A DNA stretch of 63,284 nt, filler included, from Octopus bimaculoides (lineage: Eukaryota), in the NCBI RefSeq assembly GCF_001194135.2. It is 4 parts of 4 records of this genome, joined end to end, with 100 filler letters (N's around TTAATTAATTAA, not from the genome) between each part and the next. Parts side by side here need not be neighbours in the genome. Positions count along the whole stretch, not along the records: positions 7,323 to 31,953 come from NC_068984.1; positions 32,054 to 61,066 come from NC_068983.1; 2 more parts are not named here. One strand, 5' to 3'. Positions 27,677-39,944 of this stretch are shown here, piece after piece. A program made the position numbers and the translations under genes. Under the pieces are notes generated by a model, which saw only the letters and a list, made by a program, of their open reading frames with translations, ran no database searches and was not told the origin of the DNA. How positions within the stretch are numbered: the stretch's first letter is position 1; each line of letters starts with the position of its first letter.

Positions 27677-28521
27677 NNNNNNNNNNNNNNNNNNNNNNNN
27701 NNNNNNNNNNNNNNNNNNNNNNNNNNNNNNNNNNNNNNNNNNNNNNNNNNNNNNNNNNNNNNNNNNNNNNNNNNNNNNNNNNNNNNNNNNNNNNNNNNNN
27801 NNNNNNNNNNNNNNNNNNNNNNNNNNNNNNNNNNNNNNNNNNNNNNNNNNNNNNNNNNNNNNNNNNNNNNNNNNNNNNNNNNNNNNNNNNNNNNNNNNNN
27901 NNNNNNNNNNNNNNNNNNNNNNNNNNNNNNNNNNNNNNNNNNNNNNNNNNNNNNNNNNNNNNNNNNNNNNNNNNNNNNNNNNNNNNNNNNNNNNNNNNNN
28001 NNNNNNNNNNNNNNNNNNNNNNNNNNNNNNNNNNNNNNNNNNNNNNNNNNNNNNNNNNNNNNNNNNNNNNNNNNNNNNNNNNNNNNNNNNNNNNNNNNNN
28101 NNNNNNNNNNNNNNNNNNNNNNNNNNNNNNNNNNNNNNNNNNNNNNNNNNNNNNNNNNNNNNNNNNNNNNNNNNNNNNNNNNNNNNNNNNNNNNNNNNNN
28201 NNNNNNNNNNNNNNNNNNNNNNNNNNNNNNNNNNNNNNNNNNNNNNNNNNNNNNNNNNNNNNNNNNNNNNNNNNNNNNNNNNNNNNNNNNNNNNNNNNNN
28301 NNNNNNNNNNNNNNNNNNNNNNNNNNNNNNNNNNNNNNNNNNNNNNNNNNNNNNNNNNNNNNNNNNNNNNNNNNNNNNNNNNNNNNNNNNNNNNNNNNNN
28401 NNNNNNNNNNNNNNNNNNNNNNNNNNNNNNNNNNNNNNNNNNNNNNNNNNNNNNNNNNNNNNNNNNNNNNNNNNNNNNNNNNNNNNNNNNNNNNNNNNNN
28501 NNNNNNNNNNNNNNNNNNNNN

Positions 28522-28553
<32 letters not shown>

Positions 28554-29215
28554 TGTTTGTCTGTCTGTAAATATATCATGGGCTGTTTCTTGTGCGCGAG
28601 AATTTCAAGTTCTTCTTGTCTATGTGGTGCTTTTATGTTGATGGCGTTGATGGCCGAGAAGACGATCCTCTTAAGAAACAGAGTAACATTGATCTATACA
28701 GCTTTATTCCTTTGTTTTATGTATTTTCCTCACATTACCTTCGACATTTTTCCAAGTATTCCATGGCATAGCATTTTTCAAGATGTTTCCAACAGTTTCT
28801 TCCGAAGACTATCTCATAAGAATTTTAAAACTTTTCTTTGTCCTTCTTTTCTTTTCTTCTTTTTCTATCTAAAGGTCAATTAATCAAGTACCGACAATAA
28901 TATCTTTTTTGCCCTCCCGTCTCCACTTCCTTCAGCACTTAAGTAGTCCACAGTATGGTGACAAATATTAGATTGTATAACCTTTTTTACTATAGGCACA
29001 AGGCCCAAAATGTTCAGGGAGGGACTCGTCAATTACATCGACCCCAGTACCCAATTGATACTCTTTTCGTCGACCACAAAAGGATAAAAGGCAAAGTCGG
29101 CCACAAAAGGATGAAAGGCAAAGTCAGCTAGAACGCCAGGTCAGAAGGAATTCCACTCAGCATTTTGCATGGCGTGCTAACGATTCTACCAGATTACCGC
29201 TTTAGTATAATACTG

Positions 29216-29795
29216 GGATCTATTTTAAAACGGGGGCCACAGTATTTTCTTAACGAAACACTTTGAAACTTGGAACTGGTAGAATGCGTCATATAAAATA
29301 TCTTTTTCTCTTAGTCTTCTTAAAAAAAAAAAGAAATCCCTAAGTTATTCCATGTTAAAGTTGTCGTATTTCTGTAATTTCAGCCAATCACTGACGTCCA
29401 TTCAGCCGATATACATTAAGTGCCGACTACATAAACAAACGATTCTGAAACAATTAACCCTAACCCTAACCCTACGGTTAGAGTTAGGGTTAGGGTTAGG
29501 GTTAAAGCAAATTTAAAATGAAAAATGCAAATAAAACGAAGGTATGGAGATTAAATACGCTTTACACCGCTTAATCAGCCAAAGGAGTAAATATAAATAA
29601 CTGAATACTTGTCAGTGATTGGTTGAAATTATCGAAATAAGACAATTTTTTACATGAAATAAATTCGAATACAAAAATATTTTTCTGTTCTATAACACAA
29701 AATAGATAAGTATACGAAGTTTGAAAGTCTTTCGGTACCAAAAACACTACGTAAAACATTAATGAAAACTGTGGCCCCCGTTTTAAAATAGATCC
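29216..29795. mobile_element. 580-bp MITE with 28-bp perfect TIRs and 8-bp TSD (Merlin-like; hAT or P not excluded)
   Basis: TIR GGATCTATTTTAAAACGGGGGCCACAGT at both ends; TSD TAATACTG at 29208-29215 and 29796-29803; internal (CCCTAA)n...(TTAGGG)n. Confidence 0.88.
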
Positions 29796-30533
29796 TAATA
29801 CTGTCCATTTCCCTTCTGTCGTTCATTTTCTTTTTATTTGCTGCATTACACATTTATTGTCTCTGAATCTGAGTTTTTGGTTTCCTCGTGTTGAAATTCG
29901 AAACAACATGACTAGTATTGCAAGTGCTATCATCTGAACACACAAACACATGCATACACACACACGCACACAAACACACACACACACACAAACAAGCACA
30001 CACACACACCTACGGGTACACTTCACTCACATGCACGCATACACTCACACTCGCGCACACGTACATCACAAACAGGTCAAGTACAAAGGTAGAGGCAGAA
30101 TCTAATTTATATTAATAAGAATAGTTACGTGTGCATGCGTGTATGTGTGTATTTTTGTGTATAGACGAGGCAAGCGTGTGCAGTACGTGTACGTATATAT
30201 GAATAAGAGTGATATAATTAATCACATCTTCAACATACACAAAATACATTACACATCGTTGCATTCAACTGGATGTAGTCACTGCTACTCACGATTGGTC
30301 GCACACACATATACACAGCAAACCCAGTGCATTTTCGCATACGCATGCAGACTAATAAATATTACTAGATTTCTAGTAAAATATGTGCATGCATGAGAGT
30401 ATCTTCAAATATATAAACTCTACGTGAATATATGTTGGCTTTGGTCGCCATCTTTTGTATGTACTGTCTTTTCATGCACATGTTTGTCTGCAGACTTATA
30501 TATATATAACATACATGCACATATAGACGCGCG

Positions 30534-30571
<38 letters not shown>

Positions 30572-31953
30572 CGGGTATGTGTATGTATGTATGTATGTGT
30601 GTATGGATATGCGTGTGCGTGGCTAGGCAGGGGTCTGTATGATTGTAGGAGGCATATATAAGAGAGTCATGCGTGGTTTTGACCCCAAAATCTTAATGAT
30701 TGTTAAAACTTCTGTTTTAGCGCACTTCTATTTTAACTCACAGATGTACCCGTCTCTCTTCCTTTCACTCTTTCTATTCCCTTCCACCTATTTTTTTTAT
30801 CTTTTCCTCTTTTATACTCATTATTTATCTAGCCATTTGATTTATTTCTCCTTCTTTTGTCCTCTTAAACTACCCTCTCTCNNNNNNNNNNNNNNNNNNN
30901 NNNNNNNNNNNNNNNNNNNNNNNNNNNNNNNNNNNNNNNNNNNNNNNNNNNNNNNNNNNNNNNNNNNNNNNNNNNNNNNNNNNNNNNNNNNNNNNNNNNN
31001 NNNNNNNNNNNNNNNNNNNNNNNNNNNNNNNNNNNNNNNNNNNNNNNNNNNNNNNNNNNNNNNNNNNNNNNNNNNNNNNNNNNNNNNNNNNNNNNNNNNN
31101 NNNNNNNNNNNNNNNNNNNNNNNNNNNNNNNNNNNNNNNNNNNNNNNNNNNNNNNNNNNNNNNNNNNNNNNNNNNNNNNNNNNNNNNNNNNNNNNNNNNN
31201 NNNNNNNNNNNNNNNNNNNNNNNNNNNNNNNNNNNNNNNNNNNNNNNNNNNNNNNNNNNNNNNNNNNNNNNNNNNNNNNNNNNNNNNNNNNNNNNNNNNN
31301 NNNNNNNNNNNNNNNNNNNNNNNNNNNNNNNNNNNNNNNNNNNNNNNNNNNNNNNNNNNNNNNNNNNNNNNNNNNNNNNNNNNNNNNNNNNNNNNNNNNN
31401 NNNNNNNNNNNNNNNNNNNNNNNNNNNNNNNNNNNNNNNNNNNNNNNNNNNNNNNNNNNNNNNNNNNNNNATATATATATATATATATATACACACACTA
31501 GCTGACGGTAATTTCCGAGAAAGCGGGGCTTATCCTTTGGTTCCGTTCTCATAGTTGTTTCGCTAATCCAATAACAACAGTAGAAAGTATGTAGCCATTA
31601 AAATGGGTTTCGTGCACTTACAGAGAATGCAGAACTGTCTTACACAGGATCTTGTTTTTAGGAATTCCAACTATAAGCCTCCGACAATCACACAGACCCG
31701 TGCCTAGCCACGCACGCGCATACTCATACACACACACATACATGCATGCATGCATACATACATACATACACATACACGCGTGCGTGCGTGCGTGCGTGCG
31801 TGCGCGTGTATATGTGTATATATGTTATATATATATATATATATATATATATACAAGTCTGTAGGCACACATGTGCATGAAAAAGCAGTACATACAAAAG
31901 ATGCGAATATAGGCGAAGGAGTGGCTGTGTGGTAAGTAGCTCACTTACCAACG

Positions 31954-32053
31954 NNNNNNNNNNNNNNNNNNNNNNNNNNNNNNNNNNNNNNNNNNNNTTA
32001 ATTAATTAANNNNNNNNNNNNNNNNNNNNNNNNNNNNNNNNNNNNNNNNNNNN
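31954..32053. other. Artificial scaffold linker (44 N + TTAATTAATTAA + 44 N)
   Basis: Same 100-bp structure; cuts off a SINE head at 31953. Confidence 0.95.
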
Positions 32054-32250
32054 ACTATGAAATAAAGTATTGAATGTCTTATTGAATATATGGAATATGT
32101 CTTATTGAATAGATGAAATATTGAGTGTTCAATATAAAGGATTAAATATATAAATATATAAAGGTGAATATGTATTTTCTATACCTTGTGGTATTTCATA
32201 TTTTCTATACCTTGTGGTATTTCATCATGGCCGGTATGACAGACTTTAAC

Positions 32251-32292
<42 letters not shown>

Positions 32293-32913
32293 TATATAAA
32301 GCATGATTTCATGTTAGTGTGAACTGCCAGCTAATGTGTTAATAGTATCACACACACACACACACACGTATATGTGTTTGTGTGTGTGTGTGTGTGTGAT
32401 GTTCATCTCAAAGACACCTACACACTAGATTAAAAGACTACGACCAAAAGCTGTCTCTACCAAGTGAAGTATTTCAATACAAAGATGGCTAGAAGCATCT
32501 AAGAACAGAGATTTCAGCTCAACAGAAAGTTACAAGAAATACAAGGACTGCAAAAGCCTATGCTTTTTGGAAGCAAAGAACAGCATGGATTAAGAATCGT
32601 ATTAGATTCAAAGAGGTACATTTTCTGTCTCATAAAATAGCTGAGGTATGCATATCATGTTTCTAACTCTCAGTCGGTGCCATTGACTTGAAAGATCTGT
32701 CTTTTTTTTTTGAAGAGGAGATATCACATGAAAAAGCAGTTTCCAGCTTCAAACAATTCTTCTTATTTAGCTTTGATGCTAAAACTTTCAAAGTTTGCTC
32801 AAATCACTGAGGCTCTTTTGGGGTCCTTTTTGGGAAAGTTTCTCTGGAATTAAAGAGCTTCTTTCATAATCACTTCTACTGTTATCACCTGTGCTTCTCA
32901 GCCGAACCATCAA

Positions 32914-32949
<36 letters not shown>

Positions 32950-33262
32950 TCTGTGAATAGTAAGTTAGACATATGTACATATATCTGCATAATTCATAAT
33001 ATTAAACTTACCAACTAAGATAAGTCATTCTTAAATGATGATGTTAAACAATAATGATGAGTACCGTGTAATTTGAGAGAAGTTGGTTTCTATTTCTAGC
33101 AGGGTGAGTGGTTGTGTAGAAGCCTCCCTCTTGGTATATGTCAAATGAGAATGTAGAAATTAACAAATAGGATATAGAAGGTCAAATATGGAAGACAAGT
33201 GCTACATGTTGTTTTGATAGATTTACTAGTTACATTCTGCCAGTACCGTTTACCATTCACCT

Positions 33263-33423
33263 TTTTACATTATTTACATTATTTACATTTGACGGATATC
33301 TGTCCTCATCTTGTTTGTTGTTAACACAATGTTTCAGCTGATATACCTTCCAGCCTTCTTCAGGTGTCTTGGGGAAATTTCGAACCTGGATTCTCATTCC
33401 TAAGGTATTTTTCGATGTTGCTG

Positions 33424-33510
<87 letters not shown>

Positions 33511-33610
33511 GTAGTAGTAGTAGTAGTAGTATTATTCAGGCCTCTGCCTGAAATCGAACTTGGAATCATGGGGTTAGTAGCCCGTGCTCTTATATGCCCG
33601 TGGGCTCTTT
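33263..33610 (-). mobile_element. Hammerhead-tailed SINE-like family, copy C
   Basis: Minus strand has the head (AAGTTCGATTTC), (AAT)n and GACAC-CTGAAGA-AGGCTG-GAAGGTATAT-CAGCT-GAAACATT-GTGTT (33323-33368). Confidence 0.8.
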
Positions 33611-33619
33611 TTTTTGTTT

Positions 33620-33720
33620 TAGCGTTGTGGTTAAGAGCGCAGGCTACTAGTCCCAAGATTCCAAGTTCGATTCCTGGCAGTGACCTGAATAATAACAACA
33701 ACAACAACAACAACAACAAC

Positions 33721-33752
<32 letters not shown>

Positions 33753-33984
33753 TAATAATAATAATAGTAATAATGAAAAAAGGATAATAACATTGAAAAA
33801 TACCTTAGGAATGAGAACCCGGGTTTGAAATTTCCCCAAGACGCCTGATGAAGGCTGGAGGGTATATCAGCCAAAACATTGTGTTAACAACAAACAAGAC
33901 GAGGACAGATATCCGTCAAATGTAAATAATGTAAATAATGTACATAATGTACATAATTCCTCATCTCTTAAATATAGAACTGTA
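33620..33984 (+). mobile_element. Hammerhead-tailed SINE-like family, copy D (most complete)
   Basis: A-box-like TAGCGTTGTGG, B box GTTCGATTCC, (AAC)n(AAT)n, tail GACGC-CTGATGA-AGGCTG-GAGGGTATAT-CAGCC-AAAACATT-GTGTT, 9-bp AATGTAAAT repeats and end TATAGAACTGTA. Confidence 0.82.
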
Positions 33985-34084
33985 TTCACCTATTTATATT
34001 TTGACATTACGTTTATGGATTTGTTTTGCAAGATTCTTGATGTGAAATTGTGTGTTGAAACAAGTATTGTTATATTTCGTGATG

Positions 34085-34470
34085 CTCATTTTTTTACCTT
34101 GTCTCTGGGCCTCACAGAGACGTTGCTGAGTTCCTTTCATGTGTTGGGCCTCATGGAGGCAATGACTGAGACCTTTGGCATTATGTCGTGCTTGAGAAGA
34201 AGACCCATCAAGTCGAGCAAAATCGCAGTCGTTGCAGATGCTGGCGTCATGCAAATTGACACCCATGCTGGTGGCCTGTAAATGCACCCCTGTGTCACAT
34301 AAATGGCACCTGAGCTCATGGCACATAAAAGTACCCATTACACTCATGGAGTGGTTTGCATTAGGAAGGACATCTAACCAAATCAGACTGAAGTCTGGTG
34401 CAGCCTTCCAGCGTACCAGCCCTAGTCAAACTGTCCAACCCATGCCAGCATGGACAATGGACGTTAAATG
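34085..34470 (+). mobile_element. 5'-truncated RTE LINE (ORF end + 3'UTR + (ATG)n tail)
   Basis: Starts with degenerate LGLTEAMT..DL...EKTHQV; ends CAACCCATGCCAGCATGGACAATGGACGTTAAATGATGATG. Confidence 0.8.
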
Positions 34471-34545
34471 ATGATGATGATGGTTGTGTATTCATTATTC
34501 ACTCATTTATTATTGTTCCTATTTTATATTATGCCGATCACAATC

Positions 34546-34715
34546 ATCATCATCATCAGCAGCAGCATTTAACATGCGTTGTCCATGTTGGCATGTGTTG
34601 GATGGTTTGATTAGAGCTGGTAAGCTGAGGGGCTGCACCAGATTCCAGTCTGATTTCGTATGGTTTCTACAGCTGGATGCCCCTCTCAACGCCAACCACT
34701 CGGAGAGTGGAAATC
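34546..34715 (-). mobile_element. RTE 3'UTR/tail fragment
   Basis: (CAT)n then CATTTAACATGCGTTGTCCATGTTGGCATG...CTGGATGCCCCTCTCAACGCCAACC. Confidence 0.78.
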
Positions 34716-35005
34716 TTTTGTCACACACCTGTGACCTCTTCAGCAACTCTTCCATCCCACATGCATCCTCCTGCTCTGTTTAGTCCATTCTGTCTAGACA
34801 GATTTCCAGTCAATAGACATAGGATAAAATACGAACAGTAATAAACAAACGAAGAACGAATATATAGCACATGCATTTATTTGGCAAGGAAAACAAAATA
34901 ACCACCCTAAAATATAATAATATTTTGACATTTATATCCCATAAAGGGCTGGGATTCATTATTTTATTTCAAAAAACTTTTTTTTTTTACTTTTTATTTT
35001 CACAG

Positions 35006-35139
35006 GCCTTTGGGGACCAGAGGAAAAAAGGGTTGACAAGACAAAAATCAACAGCCGCATAACTTGCGCTTCGTGGACCAACGATGGTCTTTTCATGGCA
35101 TTGGGGTTATTCAATGGTGTTGTCAGTATTCGGTCAAAG
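35006..35139 (+). CDS. IFT122: Internal coding exon of intraflagellar transport protein 122 (WD40 region)
   Basis: Pyrimidine tract + CAG acceptor (AG 35004-35005) and AAG|GTAACG donor (35140). 134 nt = 2 nt + 44 codons: (G)[44 protein letters not shown]. Matches human IFT122 as recalled: [45 protein letters not shown]. Confidence 0.95.
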
Positions 35140-35280
35140 GTAACGTAACTGTAATTTTATGTTTGAATCCTCTTTATCGTTTTTATATCTTTTATTTTTT
35201 ACTTCTTGTTTCAGTTGTTGAAGTATGGCCTAGTCAAACAAATCAACCCCAGTACTTAGTGTTTTACATCTGGTACTTAG

Positions 35281-35660
35281 TACACCTTATATGTTATTAA
35301 ATTTAGGACACCATTACATGTTATTAAATTTAGGACACCTTATATGTTATTAAATTTAAGAGACCTTTACATATTATTAAATTTAGGACACCATATGTTA
35401 TTAAATTTAGGACATCTCATCTGTTATTAAATTTAGGACACCATTACATGTTATTAAATTTAGGACACCATTACATGTTATTAAATTTAGGACACCTTAT
35501 ATGTTATTAAATTTAGGACACCTTTACATATTAAATTTAGGACACCATATGTTATTAAATTTAGGATACCATATGTTACTAAATTTAGGACACCTTATTG
35601 AATTTAGGACACCTCATATGTTATCAAATTTAGGACACCTGATATTTTATTAGATTTAGC
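35281..35660. repeat. AT-rich minisatellite, ~14-15 units of ~24-28 bp
   Basis: Repeated ATGTTATTAAATTTAGGACACC with variable TT, ATTAC or TTTAC linkers. Confidence 0.92.
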
Positions 35661-35969
35661 CTGGATACCTTATATGAGCCAATGGCTTGGGAAGGGTCTT
35701 TGACCTTTTTTTAAAATAGAAATATGCTTTCCAGTAGCTGATGTGAAAATTCCTGTTTTTTTTTTTTATGAAGTATCTCTACCGCAACCACCATGGTTAT
35801 CATCACAATGATAATCAATGCTAGAAAAAAAAAAAACAATCATCAATATTATTGCTTCATCATCAATTCTGTTTCTCTAACTATCAGTGTCACCCCCACT
35901 ACATCCCCATAACTCTTAGCTTCACTCTTTCCCTTTCTACCTTTCTTATTATTGATGTCCGCACACACG

Positions 35970-36028
<59 letters not shown>

Positions 36029-36679
36029 ATCTCTGCTTATACCTCTCTATCTTTAATCTTTCTCCAATCTTATCCATTGATTCTCCTATTCTGTTACAGT
36101 CTTTGCTGTCTCTGTCACGGATATGGGATATTCAACAACGTAATTTATCAGTAAAGAGCCACTGACTACATCATATAATCCTCTCATATAATTTATACCT
36201 TGTTATTTTCACCCGTTCTTACTGCACACTAAGCTTTATTGACATTTCCAAAAGACAATCTAATGTATTTTAAGATGCCATCTAAGTCACATGTAATCTC
36301 TTGCTTATGTTCATGTCTCCATTTCCTTTAGCCTTTTAGCTTTTTCCTTTTCTTTTCTTTTTGAACCAAAGGCTGGTTCCATCTTGTTTGCTGCTTTGGT
36401 CTGTACTTTAGCGACAATTGTACTTTTACCAGTATATGTAAAGTATTCACTTCACCTTTCTGTTGTAAAGTGCTGTGAAGTCAAATAGTAAAATGACTAT
36501 TAGTAATCCGATTGTTGCAAAATTTGGAGATGAGCATTATCTAACTTTACTTTCTAAACTCATCCAATGAAAGTGTATCTGAATACACTTCTAACTACTA
36601 AAAAATTATTTGAGGCCTGTTGTGTTGTGTATGTATGTATGTGTGTGTGTATGTATGTATATATATTTATGTAAGTATG

Positions 36680-37152
36680 CATCGTCATCATCATCATCAT
36701 CATCATCGTTTAACATCCGCTTTCCATGCTAGCATGGGTTGGACGATTTGACTGAGGACATGCGTATGCTTGCAAGGAATGAAGCCAGTATGCTCCGATG
36801 GATGTGTAATGTCAGTGTGCATACTCGACAGAGTGTAAATACCTTGAGAGAAAAGTTGGACCTAAGAAGCATCAGTTGTGGTGTGCAAGAGAGGCGATTG
36901 CGTTGGTAGGGTCATTTGGTGAGAATGGATTAGGATAGCTGTGTGAAAAAGTGCCACAACCTAGCGGTTGAAGGTACCTGTGGAAGAGGTAGATCCAGAA
37001 AGACCTGGGATGAGGTAGTGAAGCACAACCTTCGAGCATTAGGCCTCACCGAAGCAATGACTAGTGACCAAGACCTTTGGAAATATGATGTGCGTGAGAA
37101 GACCTGGCAAGACAAGTGAGACCATAACCTGTGGCCTTTACCAGGGGTGTAG
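36680..37152. mobile_element. RTE LINE insertion with 5' inversion (minus-strand tail fused to plus-strand ORF end)
   Basis: 36680-36759 is the reverse-complemented RTE tail. 36760-37119 encodes MRMLARNEASMLRWMCNVSVHTRQSVNTLREKLDLRSISCGVQERRLRW*GHLVRMD*DSCVKKC...GRGRSRKTWDEVVK...DK* on the plus strand. Confidence 0.85.
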
Positions 37153-38684
37153 CTGGTAAAACAATTGTTGTAATGGAAACTTGGGAATCTAGAATTTCAG
37201 GGTTGTGGGTCTGGATTCAGCTCAGAATGTTTTTAATTTATTCACGGAGTTGGTCTGATTCCAACTTGGTAGGATATGTTGGGCTACAGCCTCTAGGAGT
37301 AAAGTTGAAAAAGTGTCACACACTGACTCACTGAGAGTCGCATTTATTATATTAGATAGAAGAAATCCAAACGAGAGCTGGTCTTGGCAGAATTTGAACT
37401 TACAATATAAAAGTTTGAAATTAAATTTTTCCTCCTATCTAGTAAAATATTGTATGTGCCACTAACATTTTAAAAGTGAAAAACTCAAATTTGAAGATAT
37501 TCTTATAATTGTAAAAAAAAAAAAAGTCAGAATTTTTGTGAATTAAAATGTAATCAACAATTAATTAAAAGTTTGACAATTCATTTTAAATTTGGAAAAA
37601 AATGTCATCTTTTTCTCTCATTCAGGAGAAAGATTAATTTTAATTAAAGAAGATTAATTTAAATTTCAATTACAATACGATAGACTCTCTTATGCAAAAC
37701 AGTACTGCAACAAAAGCTGCAAAATCTGATATGTTGAATGACTATTGATAAAAGTCCCTTATTCTGTATGCAATGAAACCGATCAGTACAGCAGGGGGCC
37801 CACATGTGAATGGGTCTCTAAATGAATGAATTGAATAGTGAATGGTTTTTCTGAAGAAAATTAAACTTGCATAATAAGCTGAAATTTGATCACGAGCACA
37901 TGAACATGTGTTCTACACCTCAACAACAAACAACGTCTACAGCTTTGGTGTCCCTGCTATCTGACTCACTTGCTCCCCCAGTGGAGCATTTGTCTGTCGA
38001 ATGTGGTCAACCTTTGTGAAGTACATGGTGAAGAACTTATTGCTCAGAGCTGGCTCAACTAACCTCAGATGAATGCCGTCACAAGTATAAGGACACCAAG
38101 TCACATGTATTAGGGACTGGGAACCTATTTGCTTAATGTGAACTACAAAGCATGGGTAGATTATGGATGTTTATAACTACTGGAAGAACATGTAGCAGTG
38201 GTATGTTCCATGAAGAAATTGTATAGCAAGCAGTTTTTCTAATGAAAATTATTCAGCCAATGAGGTGAAATCCAAACACAAACCTTGTGTAGACTATGCA
38301 TACATGTAAATGGCTGGAGGAGTATGTATAAATGGTTTGTTAATGTCCTTTTATGCATTTCATGTGGTTTGCAGATTTTGATATTTTATAGACAAAAATA
38401 ATATTTCTCAACTTTTGTTTTTGTTAACATCATAACTAGGGATTAACAGAAGCAAAACAAAAGGGGAAAATATGTACACACACATACAGACACACATGTA
38501 TGTGTGTGTATAAATATAAATATATATATGTGTGGCTGTGTGATCAGAAGTTTGCTTCCCAACCACATGGTTCCGGGTTCAGTCCAACTGTGTGGCACTT
38601 TGGGCAAGTGTCTTCTACTATAGTCTCGGGCTGACCAAAGCCTTATGAGTGGATTTGGTAGACGGAAACTGAAAGAAGCCCATC

Positions 38685-38742
<58 letters not shown>

Positions 38743-38952
38743 TTGTGTGTCCATGTTTGTCCCCCACCATCGCTTGACAACCAATGTTGGTATGTTTACA
38801 TCCCCATCACTTAGTGGTTCAGCAAAACAGACTGATAGAATAAGTACTAGGCTTACAAGGAATANNNNNNNNNNNNNNNNNNNNNNNNNNNNNNNNNNNN
38901 NNNNNNNNNNNNNNNNNNNNNNNNNNNNNNNNNNNNNNNNNNNNNNNNNNNN

Positions 38953-38983
<31 letters not shown>

Positions 38984-39944
38984 GGACCCAGCTGTACATG
39001 AAAAATGTAGTAATAGTGTTTCAGCTAATGTGTTTGCGATTCAACATCTCAGACAAACTAAATGTATTGTTGCAACAGCCTGCAATAAGCCCTGTGGCTG
39101 CGTAGACTGCCGTGATAGTTCATTAGAAGTTGTAGACAGGTTCTATAAACTGAATTTGTCTAATTGGTGTTGACATGCAGCAAATGACATTTTATAAGCA
39201 GGTGTTAAATGTTAATGGCGGAGGTGTTGCTAACTCCTGCCTTTTGATGACAAAGCATTCTTCCTTAAAGGTCATTTGCATGATGTACAAGATGCGATGT
39301 TGATCAGCTGATAAGACACAGACTATGAAGATAGTCTACGTAGCTTGAATTAGCTGGGGAAAACAGATTCTTTTTTTTATTGTGTTGACTAAATTTAATG
39401 AAGAGAGTTCAAATGTCAAGAAGGCAATGCCATAGTGATACATCAAGTTAATTAACCCTTTAGTTACGATATTCCTCTTGTAATGCACTGTCTGTGTTTC
39501 AATTAAATTTAAAAATAAGGAAAAAATTTATTAAAATAACTATATTATTAACCTTTCGGTTACCATATTTCTGTTGAAATTTTCTACCTTTGTCTTAATT
39601 AATTTCAAAAACTGTGAAGAATTTTCTAAAATAACTTTGTCATTATCAAGCTGGTATTTAAGGCAGCAAGCTGGCAAAATCGTTAGCAAGCTTGGCAAAA
39701 TGCTTAGCGGTGTTTTGCCTGTTGCTATATTCTGAGTTCAAATTCCTCCAAGGTCGACCCTGCGTTTCATCCTTTCGGATTGATAAATTCAGCACCAGTG
39801 TAACTGACTACTCCCCTCCCCCTAAATGGTTGCCCCTGTGGAAAAATTTGAAACTATTATTGAGCTGGTATTTGGAACATCAATTGATATGGAATTTTGT
39901 TGGAAGATTTTGATTTGTTGCCACACTTTAGCTAAAATATGCTT

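Noticed and set aside
29455-29503. Head-to-head telomeric repeats as an ancestral chromosome fusion site
   Set aside because: They sit inside a TIR/TSD-bounded element with a second copy at 12.2 kb.
27529-31552. Longest ORFs in the supplied track
   Set aside because: They run through N gaps (X residues).
35281-35660. CRISPR-like appearance of this array and the one at 58056-58402
   Set aside because: Units are contiguous with no unique spacers, the context is eukaryotic and there are no cas genes.
37900-38100. Faint mariner-like translation (QRLQLWCPCYLTH...ICLS)
   Set aside because: Similarity too weak to call without a search; no TIRs found.
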